Source: Folioceros fuciformis (taxonomy: Eukaryota). Taken from it: 40,390 nt of DNA. The notes beneath the pieces are model-generated. The model did no database searches and had not been told where the DNA came from. It was given only the letters and a program-made list of their open reading frames with translations. Location: positions 1 through 40,390 of the forward strand of contig JBNGIO010005880.1 of NCBI GenBank assembly GCA_049999805.1. The letters run 5' to 3'. Shown one piece after another: positions 28,344 to 40,390 of the stretch (positions within the stretch are counted from its first letter, which is position 1; each line of letters starts with the position of its first letter). A program made the position numbers and the translations under genes.

Positions 28344-31300
28344 TCTATCCAGTGTGCTGCCTTCTTCGAGATTCCGTACTTCTCTCCTTCTGCCTGCATT
28401 TCTCTCGTCATGGAGTGTACCATAGACATTCTTGCAAGTGGCTGGTCGCCTCCCCTTACTTTTTGTTTGCTTCAAAGACAGCAACAGTGTATATGTTTGA
28501 GCCAGCTAGTAGTGCTGAGGGTTGAGCACTGGGGTTCTGCTCAACTCTCAGCTTGTAGCATTCCTTCTATGCGAACGCCGACTTTGTATCCTTCTCTTGT
28601 GGTGGGTGCCCGTGTTCCCACGTCTTCGATGTGCACATCTGGGCTTGCTCTGGCATGGTGGTACCCCACTGCCTAATATGCAGGACATAAACGCACTCTG
28701 CTGCGAGAGAGGTCTCGCCTCCGTGTATCCCTCTGGATTGACTTTCTGGTGATGCTAACTATTGCGGGACTTCGTTGTGTGCACACATGTGTTGGACAAC
28801 TCATGAAGGCAGCCTCTGCTGCTCCTGGAGTGTTGGTTCCTCCCTGGCAGTGTGTTGGTTTCATGCTGAGGTTCTTCCACTTCTTCAAGGGCAAACACTT
28901 TCATGTGGACTTATGTGATAGTTTTGTTTTTCTGGACTTCCCGCTTCCTCAGCTGAGCAGGCGACGCACATAAACTGCGAGAAGGCTAACCAGAGACCCT
29001 AAGCTTGGATTGATGCTGGCAGTGCGCACATCTTCCTCCAGAAGATATGAATCATGGATGGATCGATTGCAGGCACGCTATAGGGTCGGGGGCAACTTCG
29101 CCAAGAACGCGTCCAGCCGGACTAGCCTGTTGTACGCGCAGCATACAACAATCTCTTCGTGGCAATGCAGCCCCATTGCAAGCTCCAAAGTTGAATAATC
29201 CCAGGATCTCCAAGCATGCGACAGTCCCCATGCGAGCCAGAATTCACCTGCAGGTAGCTCAGAATCAGCAAGTCCAACCGAAGCGAAGTGGAGATGGTAG
29301 GAGAAACCATCACAGGTGGTCACACACGCAAGCAACGCACTGCTGGAGCTGCTGGAAGGAAGCACCCTACGATCCGTCAAACGATCAAAGCGATAGTGAA
29401 CAAGCAACCAGAGCGATTAGGAACTATCACAGAGGCCGCGTCGAAATACAACAAGCAGTAAGGGCGCCAAGTGCGAACTCGACAAGTCCGGGAATTGAGG
29501 TCGGTATGTGTGGCGACCAGACGGCAGCGAGAAGCATTCATCCTGCGGCACGGGCGCCAATAGAATCACCAGCAATCGTCACCGAATTGGTGGTGCCTCC
29601 GATGCTACCAGGAGGACGGCCGACGGCCCCGGCACCGCTGTAGCCATCGAATTCACCATTTTGGCACCACTTCTCGCTGCACAATGTTTGCAGCGGGCTC
29701 CGACCCGCCCCGGCGTCCCTGCGGGACTTGCAGTTTCAAAAAGACTACTGCTGCGGCCAGTACTTCATTACAGGCAACTCCCTCCTTTCCGACTTCTGAT
29801 TGACGGGTAGACAAATTCTGACCCCTCCTTGCTCAAGCCTTCAAAGCATGACGCATGTAGAGACATGAACATAACATCAACTGGGCAGGCGTGGATGCAG
29901 ATCTAAGCTTTCCTTGTTTTGTTTTAGATCTCCGGTGGCATCGCAGGTGGAAGGAGCTGCCGATGGTGTTGTGTTAATCTCATTTTTTCTGTTGTTCTGA
30001 CCCCCTCTTCCAGGAACATGTTCCGTGAAACTCCGTGCTCCTCTAACAACTGGGAAGAGCTTAGAATAGAGGTGGTCGTAGACGTGGCCAGCTGAATGCC
30101 TGGGGCCCTGGACTCCACTGACCCTGTAGCCTATAGCGGTGCATGGCAACACGAGTGAAGCATTCATTACTTCAGAGATTCAGACGCAGCCACAGCCTTC
30201 CTTCAGTACCTCAAGATGCTTTTCAAGTACAGTAGTAAATCGTGGCACGGGTAGAACCACATTCAACCACGTGAGTTCCGCGAATAAACAAGATCGAGAA
30301 GGATCTTCTTCTCCAGGTGCAACGGCAGACAGGCACAGGTTGTTTTGATTGAGTTCTTTCAGCGCTCGGCTCTTCCGTGAGGCTGGCACGCGGCAACACT
30401 TCTCAAGCTCACCCACCAAGGAACACCCTAGCATGCGACGGCATAGAACCTTTCCGAAAGCAGTCCAAGCCACATGCTCTTCAAGAAATAGGTCACCCAG
30501 CCATAAGCTACACGACGAGTAGAAAAGTCTGGCGAGGGATTCTCCTGTCTGCCATCTTCAGAATGATCAGAACTCTCTTTTATCATACTTTCTTACAAGC
30601 TTCGTCATGAAATCCCTACGAACTTTGACAGAGAGAGCTTCCTTCGAAGCATCTCCTGGGCCCAGCACGACAGGACCGACAGCAACAAAGTAAAGGTGAA
30701 ATCTTGGAGAACGCACAACCTGCTGCAACCAGAACGATGCATGCCAGCCAAGGTGGCGATCACGTCGCCCTGGTCATCGAACATTAACATCCAAGAGACC
30801 CGACTGCACAACCCCAGGAGTGTCTCGGCAGAAACATCAGCACAGCCCCAGTTTAGAATGACTGGTTCCTCAGGCTTGTCGGTGTTGGCCAGCAGTGGCA
30901 CTCCAACCTGCCAAGGCTCACAGCCTCCTACCTACCACCCTCTCTCACTTACTTGCTGCATAGAAGCACTGCCACTTTGCACACACCAGGGATGCAAGCA
31001 GCAGCCAACAGCCCTCCCAAGAACCAGCCGCAGTCATACCTATCAGCTTCCTGCCACAACCAGCCTGTAGGCCAAGTGGAAAGGCGTTCCTTGCAGCCAC
31101 TGTGGTCCCATAGACTCCAGAGCTCTAGACCAGCCGCTGGGACAGCAATGATACCACGGATTGAGTCCTTGAAAGGCCTGCAGCAAAGTGGGCACCCGAC
31201 ATGTCACATCCATAGCGTAGCCCAGCCCCAACTGCAGTCCAAAGCTGAATGCGGCCCACAGGCCTGGAAGAACAGCTCAAAGCCACCACAGACCAGCCCC

Positions 31301-33074
31301 ACTGACCGGGACCGAGCACCAGGCACCTGGCCAGCCCTGCCGCAAGCCTGCTCCCAACAGCCCAGCCCAGCCCAGCCCAAAACTGCTGTCCCAATGCCAG
31401 CTGCCCCAGTCTGCCATTAAAACCTGTCACAAGGCTATCAGACCACTGCCCAAACCGTTGTGCCACCTTCTGAAAAAAGAAAACCGTTAGCTGCTGTCTA
31501 GCACATGAGATGTATCTTGAGGTTGAGTTTACTTACCCGCTTGTCCCAGCTGGCTTCCGGGTCCATGTTTGTATGGTTGTGCATTTGACTTCTAACCCTT
31601 TCAAAAAGAGATAACCCTCAAAGATCTCCAAACATTTCACTCCAAATAAATTCCTATTCGACATATGGGGTTCCTTAGCTTGGGGATGAGATGTAACTAT
31701 TACTTTGTGCATCTTACACACACTATGCTTGTTCACCTAGGCTTGTCACACAACACAACATAGAATTCTTCTCAAGTTGATGTTGGAGTTTAATAGATTG
31801 AGATAAGGTGATAAATATTGCCAAATCATATTAAGGTACTCCAAAGGTCATATATATATCCTTTCTTCTTTCTCAGTTTGTACATTACAGGTAGGGAGTT
31901 AGCACTTTCCAATGGAATACCACTCTTTCATCTCTATGGTTGCAAGAACATATGTGATCACAAGAAGAGAACATTTTCCCATTGCATACTGCAGGAGGAA
32001 GTTTTCTCATCTTACAACGAAGAGACTCTGATGCAAGGGCATGGGCATAGTGATCTCTTCCAACTTTTTCTTTCTAGATGCCCTCTCCCTCCATGTGAAG
32101 CTGCTTAGGGGTTTTACAAAGTCCTTGACCCTAGTTTTTAGCAAGTACTCTCTATCACTTCTGATCAAACCCCATGCCCGGGTGAGTGGATGCATGAGTT
32201 GTCTGCATGTTGGTGCATGAGTTGTGGGCCTGTTGGGTGCCGAGTTTGGAGGAGTTGGAAAGGTGTGCAGCCTGATCCAAATTGGCTTGGGATACTTTCC
32301 GACTGCAGCAGATGGTCCTGTAATAATTGAAACACAACCTTATAAGGTAGCTGGAGTCTTCTAGGAAAGAACAAGCAGTGAAAAAGGCACTGTACATTAA
32401 GCATGCAGATCCAATTGATTGAAAGAAGACGCGTATAGACTGCGTCGTGTACGGATTGTGCGATGTAGCTGGCACGCAGCAGCTGGCTAGGCCGGGGGAT
32501 AACCAGGGCAAATGGGACATGGCTACCAGTGCGCCGTACTTCCACACATTTCGTAGGCAGAAGCAGGGAGTGGGGGATATTTGTGTCTTACATGTGGAAG
32601 ACGAGAAGGCGGGTACAAGCAGGAGCCCGGGGGAGGGCAGGGCAGTTCTCATCAGCGGGCCGTGAGAGTCACTGCGACCACAAAATGTGGTGAGGGAGCA
32701 GGGAAGGTATTCCCACGTGGGGGGTAGGGTAAAGCCAAATGTGCTGTGCGCGAGCACAGGCCAGGGCAAGGAGCCAGTGATATTCGGCCCAGGTGCGCGG
32801 ACCGGCCCGGAACGACCCTAGGCATATGCGCCGGCCGACCTTCGGTCCCCCGGTATATGCCCGGTCCGGGCGTGGCATCTTTTAGAGTACATGCCCATAG
32901 CACCTGTCCGGACCGGTCGCGACCAATGGCCGCGCGCTGCTCGCTCCTCCCTGATCTCGGCCGGCTCTGGGACTGACGGCATCGCGCGACAAGGATCCAG
33001 ATTCCCGAATTCCGATCGCGCTAGCCATGGCCATTGCATTCCGTTCAAATTGCCTCAACGGGTGCTGCGGAATG

Positions 33075-33174
33075 NNNNNNNNNNNNNNNNNNNNNNNNNN
33101 NNNNNNNNNNNNNNNNNNNNNNNNNNNNNNNNNNNNNNNNNNNNNNNNNNNNNNNNNNNNNNNNNNNNNNNNNN
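33075..33174. other. Assembly gap (100 N)
   Basis: Run of N just upstream of the BTA1 coding start. Confidence 0.99.
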
Positions 33175-33202
33175 GCCAGCTGAGGGAGGACGCATAACAG
33201 TC

Positions 33203-36200
33203 ATGATGGAGCTCATCAAGGGACTGGCGGAGGATGCTACCTGTTTGTCGGCAATGTGGCTCAATTCCATCCGGGGGACGACGCACAAGGAGCGTCTCGA
33301 GTCCTTCTACGGCCCCCAGGCCGAGTCCTGTAAGCGCAATTGGATCTCCTTTGCAGACTCTTCGCTTTCCGGGTGTGCGCAGAGGAATTCTTCATGTTGT
33401 GTTTCCGGGGGTGATACGGTGTCCTTTTGCAATGTCCAGATGACCGGTTCCGTGCCAATTTTCTGCACGGACGCCTCCCGATGCTGGCAGCCTGTGCGGC
33501 TCGGCTGCGGGGTTCCTCCGGAGGGGGAATGGTTTGGGTGGATTTGGGAGGGGGGACTGCGGAGAACGTGGAGATGATGTCTAGGCTCATCGACCTCTCC
33601 AAGTTCCACAAAATCTATGTCGTGGATATTTGCTCTGCTCTCTGCCAGGTGGCGCGGGAGAAAGTGGAAGAGCGTGGGTGGAAGAACGTGGTTGTGGTGG
33701 AAAGTGATGCTGGTCTGTTCAAGGCGGAGTCGGAAGCGACTCTTGTCACCTTCTCCTACTCCCTGTCCAGTGAGTAAGCCAGCCTCCTGTGCTTGTTTGT
33801 CTTGAGTTGGCCTTACCGGTCCTGGTAGCATTCCGGGGAGGAGCCTCTCTGACTTGACTGACGGATTGGTGGGGCTGCAGTGATGCCCAGCTATATGAGT
33901 GTGGTGGACAAGGCACTGTCGTACCTTGCTGACGACGGCATTGTTGGTGTGGCCGATTTCTTCACATCGGCCAAGTACGACCTCCCCAACAGGCAGCACA
34001 GTTTCGCACAGCGTTGGTTTTGGAGAGCGATCTTCGATTGCGACGGCATTGCTTTGGGACCGGAGCGCCGCCAGTACTTGGAGCATCAGCTCGAGCCAGG
34101 TCCTTATCGCTTTCTTGTCGGCTTCTACTCACCAGCTCATTGCTTTGAGCAGCTGGCTTGCACCAGTCCTTGGCTCTTATACTGTGCATGGCGATCGTAA
34201 CCCCAATGCATTCCTTTGATCCTCATGCCTGGATTGCAGTTTTTGAGTTCAACGGAAAGGGGAAGATCCCTTACGTGCCCTGGCTCCAGGCTCCGTACTA
34301 TATGTGGATTGGCAGGAAACGGAACGTTAAGAGTGAGTGATCACGTCTCCTCTGCGTGCTGTCTGCTGGAGGTCCAGCTTTCCCCCTGAACTCACACTTG
34401 AGAATTTGCGCACAGGTTCCAATCATGTCAGGTTTCCGGCCAGAGCGTCCGACGAATTTGTTGCAAGGAGGCCCCCTACATTCCCTCCCACTTTCTTGTA
34501 CTCCCTGTCGTGGGAGGATCCTCGTGAAGATGACAAGGTGTTAGGCATCAATGAAGACGATACGGTTCTAACTCTCACATCAGGGGGCTGTAATGCGCTT
34601 GACCTTGTAGCCCAAGTAAGTTCATCTCTGCTTGCTGAGTTTGAGCAGTAGCTCTGCTCACCTCTATCCAGGGGGTTCCGACTTCTCATCCGCACCCCCA
34701 CTCAATGCTGACAGTCCTCTCTTTCAGGGTGCGAAGCAGGTGGTCGGTGTCGATATCAACCCCGCCCAAAGCTACCTCCTCGAGCTGAAACGAGTTGCTG
34801 TCATGAGGTAACGCTTCTTTTGGAAACAGGTCAGTCACTTGTTGAAATTCTATCATTGCTTCGTTGTTTGACGGGATATCCTTGCAGGTTACCCTTCGAA
34901 GACGTATGGCTGATGTTTGGCGAGGGAGTGCACCCCAGATTCAAATTGCTCTTTGAAACGGAGTTGGCACCGTTCCTCAGTCAGGGCGCAGCACAGTTCT
35001 GGTGGATGGCTGACTTGAGCTTTCGACTTGTGGCGTAGTTCAGTGAAGTCTCGTGGCGACGCCTAATTTTGGGATCTCTGTGTGCAGGCGTCAAAGGGCA
35101 CGATACTTCAAGAATGGCCTGTATTATCATGGTAATCTTGTCTGTGTCGAGTGAAGACTAATTCAGCCAGGCAAGGCAAGGCCTTGTGAGAGCTACCTCC
35201 CTCACCCGCACTTTCTGACTCGCTCATTGATTATCCACAGGGGGAATGGGTCGGTTGATTCGTGCTGTTCGGACTCTTGCAAAGTTGACTGGACAGGTAA
35301 CTCTCCCTACTACCCTAGACTCCCCTGTTGTATGTGTAGAATAAAGTTTCTCACCCGTCTCGCTTGCCAATTGACAGGAGAAATGGATAGAATGTCTAGT
35401 CAACGCCCCGACTCTTGAGAAGCAGAAAGAGCTGTGGTAGGCGTCACTCTGCCCTTTCTGTCCTCTGTGTACATGTACAGAGAAGCTTTGCTGTATGACC
35501 TTATCTTGGTTGTTTGGCAGGTTTTCCACAGTCGGGAAATGGCTTATCAAAGCCGGTGTTATCACTAAAATTTCGTCGTTCCTTGTGACCAACCGATTTG
35601 TCCTGTGGTTCTGTGCCGGCGTTTGTAAAGGGCAACTGGACCACATCCGAAAGGAAGACGACATTTACAAGTGAGTGCAGTCCCTCTTCTCCCTTGTAAG
35701 GTTGGTAGCCTTGTGATGGATACAAATTAACTCGTCTTATCGTGACGTTGCACAGCTACATCGTTCGGTGTCTAAATTCAACGGCCGAGTCCTCCCACAT
35801 CCGAGACAGGTAAACTGCATCTCTGCATTGTCCTCTGCACCGTACTTGTGTTTCTCATGGGACACTTAGGGCATGTAATTTGACTTGCTGATGTTCCCCA
35901 TGCAGCAACTACTTTTACCGTTGCTGCTTGACTGGGAAGTTCTCTAGAAACTGCTGCCCTCGATTTTTGGAGGAGGAAACATTCAACAATCTGAAGGTGA
36001 GAACCCAGGTTCCTGGTATGTGTTCTCTGTGGACGTCTGACATTACATTTGAGACAAGGATACCGAAGTCGTAGCTCCTTGCGTGAATCAGGTTTCTCTT
36101 GCAAAGGACGAGCGTCTGATTATCCGCACGGGATCATTTGTCGACGAGTTAAGAAAGCGAACTTACTCCAAGGTATCGCTTGCTTATGTCTCCCACTCAT

Positions 36201-36782
36201 AACCCAGAATGATGTGTCCCATGGCTCCTGTCTGGCTAGATACACGATTTAAACAGTCATGAACGGTTCCTTGCAACAGGTAATTTTGATGGATCACGTA
36301 GACTGGTTAGGACAGGATGACATCGACACCTTGTGTGACGCGTTGAGACACCATGTAAAGGTCAGAAACGGTCCTCAGCCTTCAGCCATCTTGTATCATC
36401 TATGGAGCCACGAAGGTCACAGTGATTGTTGTTGCTTACGATCCAACTCCCTTTTCTAATATCTTGAAATCGAACGGAAATGCAGCCCGGGGGCCGAGTT
36501 ATTTGGCGAAGTGCTTCACGAAACCCATGTTACGCCAAGGACATTGAAAAGGCTGGTTTTCAAGGTGAGTTGATACTGCAGATGCTTCTAAGGCTGATGG
36601 GCATGTGCTTATCAGCCTCACTGAGAAACTGAAAGCTACTGATCTCACTAATACCTTGAACGCGGTATGCAGTAATCCGAATCTCAACCAGTGAGAAATA
36701 CATGGATCGGGTAAACATGTACGCAAGCTTCTACATCGGAATACGACTTGGAGAGTACACATCGACCAAGGAGCTGCTGTGA
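33203..36782 (+). CDS. BTA1: Betaine lipid (DGTS) synthase: BtaB-like methyltransferase fused to BtaA-like/DUF3419 domain, 17 exons
   Basis: RLESFYGPQA..YD.FR..FL.GR.PMLAA; VWVDLGGGT.ENV; TFSYSL; GVADF; IPYVPWL.APYY; FLYSLSWEDP; LTLTSGGCNAL; VDINPAQ; ILMDHVDW; PGGRVIWRSAS; DRVNMYASFY, as recalled from green-algal BTA1. Sixteen GT-AG introns splice in frame to TGA 36780-36782. The true start could lie in the gap. Confidence 0.93.
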
Positions 36783-37810
36783 TGTGAAGAAACCCTGTGT
36801 CCGCTGACATCAACGCCCACCGTCTTTCCACAAAAGCTGCTGCAGCAATGAACTTTCTGTACCATGAAAAGAGTGTGTATCGTGATTGATTTTGAGCTGC
36901 CTATTCTGATAAATTGGACGTTTTTGCATAGCTTCGGACGTCGATAGCTTGAGTAGGTATCTGTCGTTCGTAACTAGGAACCAGATTTTTGTGTCAACAA
37001 TTCTTTTCACAGGATGAGGGCGATTATATCTGGCACAGCCAACGCCGAGTTGTATTTTATCAACGTTATTCTTTGGAATGAATGATTTCTTCAAGTGTAA
37101 ACTATGGCATACCACACATGACAAAGAGTGTCAGATTTCTGCGTACCCAAGACTTGACCACTGCGGGGAAACGCAACCAATACTCCCCGAAGCCCACCAC
37201 TCAAAACTTTGCTTCTACCCATAGCGACCCTAAATCTTCCCTCCATCCCCAATTCACGAACGGGAGATCAGAATACCTCTCCCCATTCACTCACCATCCC
37301 TCCACCCCCTCACTCCGCTGCAATATGCCTTGATCCCCATTCACATGCCTCATTTCTTTAATTTGCAAACCTCTTACTTGCATTCCCTAAGTGGTGGTTT
37401 TTGAGAAAGATATTTAAGAGGCTAGTGTCCTTTTAGCCTTTGGCCCTTCCAGATTGTTCCCCTCATCTTTGGAGTGGATGGAACTTTCTATTTCTTTATC
37501 AATAATAAAAAATACCTATTCCCGACATATCCACAAGAGGATTAAGGCCAAGCCGTATTTTCCCTACTCATGGAATGTTCCGCTGTGGCATGCCAAAGCT
37601 TTCACTCTTTCACTATCATTTTTATATTAGTTTTTCTAATATGTACGAGAATATTTGTTATTGATTCTCACTTTCTCCAATTCCCTTTGGCAAACCAACC
37701 AAACTGGACCCGCACCGAAGGGGACACATCAAAAGCACTCGGATGGCCTGATTCCATGAACTACATGCCATTCCCTCTTAGTTTTCCTTTCGGCACTCTC
37801 CATGACCGGA

Positions 37811-38107
37811 CAATCACTTTCATACAGTTTAAGGATCTTCAAGGAATAGGCTTCCCCTGCACTCTTGAACAATCACTTTCATACATTTTAAGGATCTTCA
37901 AGGAATAGGCTCCCCCTGCACTCTTGAACAATCACTTTCATACATTTTAAGGATCTTCAAGGAATAGGCTCCCCCTGCACTCTTGAACAATCACTTTCAT
38001 ACATTTTAAGGATCTTCAAGGAATAGGCTCCCCCTGCACTCTTGAACAATCACTTTCATACATTTTAAGGATCTTCAAGGAATAGGCTCCCCTTGCACTC
38101 TTGAACA
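37811..38107. repeat. 59-bp tandem repeat, 5 near-identical copies
   Basis: AATCACTTTCATACATTTTAAGGATCTTCAAGGAATAGGCTCCCCCTGCACTCTTGAAC starts at 37812, 37871, 37930, 37989 and 38048. Confidence 0.97.
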
Positions 38108-38743
38108 GCAATGTGTTCCTGCATGGCCTTGGTACCGAGACAGGCTAAAGTCCAGGCCGTGGTTGCAAAGCAGAATACCTTAAGAACCCACCCTAGATTC
38201 CCTTAAAGGGTAAGGTTCCTTGCTTGCCTAGTAATTGGACGGGTGCATTGTGTGGTACAAGGGAAAAAAGTGTGTTCTCTTCATGCGCGCGAACAACATT
38301 GAAGTAGATTGCAAACACCTATTTTCACGGCATGTGAATAAATGTTCACTTTGGCCTTGATACCTTGACCCTGAAATTTGCGAACGTCCCCCCAAAGAGG
38401 ACATGTCTACTAGCCTATGTTTGTAAAACAATCTAGAGAGAGGAGCTATGTCCCCTTTGGCATGCCATAGCTTGCTTGCAGGAGGATTGCAACCTACACA
38501 TAAGCCTCTTGCCGCACCTTGCATCAATCATCCTCCTCGGATTTTTTGTCAGAGGATTGAGGCCAAGTGTGAGCATATCTCATGTTCAAATGAAATCCAA
38601 TGAACTTTTAGCATTTCCTTTCATGAGCTATTTATTCCTTTCATCTCAGTCCTCCTATTCACGGTTTCCAAAGTATTCGTGCACAAGAGAATTGGGGCTT
38701 GCCCAGTCCTTCAGCTCGTGCTTAACCTCAATCTTCCTCCTCG

Positions 38744-38991
38744 GATTTTGTTTTGTGAGTAGGAGGATTGAGGACTAGTTAGGACGCATTCCATGCCAAA
38801 ACCTAGGTAGTGCATATTTAGTAGTGTCATGTTCGGTGCTAAGTCCTCTTTGGTTGGCATGCCACTCAGATTTTGTTTTGTGAGTAGGAGGATTGAGGAC
38901 TGGTTAGGACGCATTCACCATGCCAAAGCCTAGGTAGTGCATATTTAGTAGTGTCATGTTTGGTGCAAAGTCCTCTTTGGTTGGCATGCCA
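38744..38991. repeat. ~125-bp direct tandem duplication
   Basis: GATTTTGTTTTGTGAGTAGGAGGATTGAGGACT...GTCCTCTTTGGTTGGCATGCCA at 38744 and 38869, with few differences. Confidence 0.92.
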
Positions 38992-40390
38992 TAGGGGACA
39001 TGGTCAATTCAGGAATTATGGGAGCATGTGCTCTCACAACTCCCCTAGAGAAATGAATTAAAAAATAGAAAAGAGGGTGTGGTCCCCTTTCACTTGCTAT
39101 ACTCAACTCCACAAGGACACATCAACCACATATTTGCAATCGACATCACCCCTTATATGCAGCACCGATTACAAGGGCCATAGTCTACACTAGATACTCC
39201 ATTACAAGGCCATCACAGCCAAAAGCCACATCAGAAGTGTTGTGTCAAGTAACAGCATGCAAGACAACAACAAAAGGGACACAACATACAGCAAGGGTTC
39301 AACTGCCTACATCTAACACTACTAGTACTTGGACCCCTTTTCACTATGGCAATGCATGCAAGTTTCCTTCCTTATAGCTCCTTCCAACTTTCTCAGCCTC
39401 ACATACAAAGCCGTTGCAAGTACCAAATTAGGGTTTCTCAAAAGCACCCAACCTTGGAGCCACTTCCCCTCATTAGTTGCTATAGTCGCAAGGATCTCAT
39501 GTGCAGTGACTTCGATTGCAACTTGGTGTCGGATGTGCTTGTTTCTCCACTACGTACTCGAGTTTCTTTACTACTAGCTTAACCCACCTCGGAGCACAAA
39601 TCTTTGACTTAGGGTGTTTATGCTTAGTGGTTTAGAGATATGTAGCTAGCTATAGACTGTTCCTAGGCCTCCATGCATAGCATCCGCTGGAAGGATCAAC
39701 TGCTTTGACTCAAGATCATATGTAGCAATCACCAAAATCCCCACAATTGCAAATTACAACTAGCGTACCATGTGTTGTTTGAATCTATCCCATTGACACC
39801 ACCATAGCCACCACCTCCACCTACATCCTCTCCTATTATGCTTGTATCCACCACCTCTCAATCTCCTCTTGTTAATCATCTTCATGCATGGTGATACCCA
39901 AATTGTGCCCTCTATGCAAGTATATATGGCTATGGCAATGATCCATATATTATTAACTATAAAATCCACCACTACTGAGGATGGACCACTAGCGACACTA
40001 ACCAAGGTGAATACCAATGATGTACCAAGACCAATAACCTAGCTACTACAAAGGGTGTAGAGGTCCTTGGATAGACCACAACAAGGGGCCTTAACTAAAC
40101 CCCTAGACACTCATCATGGCGCCTTAGTTACCCCTTAGCACACACCTAGTTGTTGCAAAGGGTGTAAAGGCCCTTACATAGACCACAACAACAATTGTTG
40201 CAATAGAGTTAGTTCAATGCAACAATGTTACTTGTTGCACAAGTAGGCTCAAAGTTAGATTAAGGTGTTCTCTTGCTTCAAAAGAACTTAGTTCAATTGT
40301 GATCTACAAAAAGTTGAAGAATGGTTTGGTTGGGTATGAAATTCAAAATTTGCATTCCATGCCCCCAAAGAGCGTTTAATGCTCTTTCTA

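Noticed and set aside
28400-32700. Many 60-200 aa ORFs on both strands
   Set aside because: No recognisable domain or consistent exon chain; may be a decayed gene or transposon, but I cannot identify it.
37811-38107. Possible CRISPR array
   Set aside because: Units are contiguous with no unique spacers, no cas genes are present, and the context is eukaryotic.
39760-40390. Retroelement remnant with a ~36-bp duplication (40049 and 40156)
   Set aside because: No gag, RT or integrase motif and no LTR boundary is visible in the window.

Overview
Eukaryotic nuclear DNA from a seed-free land plant, most likely a hornwort (inference: PPR editing factors ending in HAEKLA...GRP, an SWW-type PG box, BTA1, a centriole-type SFI1-like gene, and compact genes with short introns). 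It contains two 100-N scaffold gaps. Gene order: SFI1-like coiled-coil gene (-, runs off the left edge); PLS-PPR E+ gene with 16-aa-extended L motifs (+); disrupted secreted acidic YDY-repeat gene (+); 23-motif PLS-PPR with DYW:KP/GRP domain (+) followed by a decayed copy; plastid RPL6 (+); strictosidine synthase-like gene (-); PLS-PPR with a truncated WW-type DYW (-), head-to-head with a 14-motif DYW:KP/GRP paralogue (+); L-type lectin receptor kinase (+); an unresolved ~4.5 kb region; 17-exon betaine lipid synthase BTA1 (+); and repeat-rich DNA. The most striking feature is that both candidate U-to-C RNA editors carry an N-terminal motif resembling the ssDNA-binding PDF motif of organellar OSB proteins, and a frameshifted relic of the same motif lies upstream of the third PPR gene. 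All assignments are from reading motifs by eye; no searches were run.
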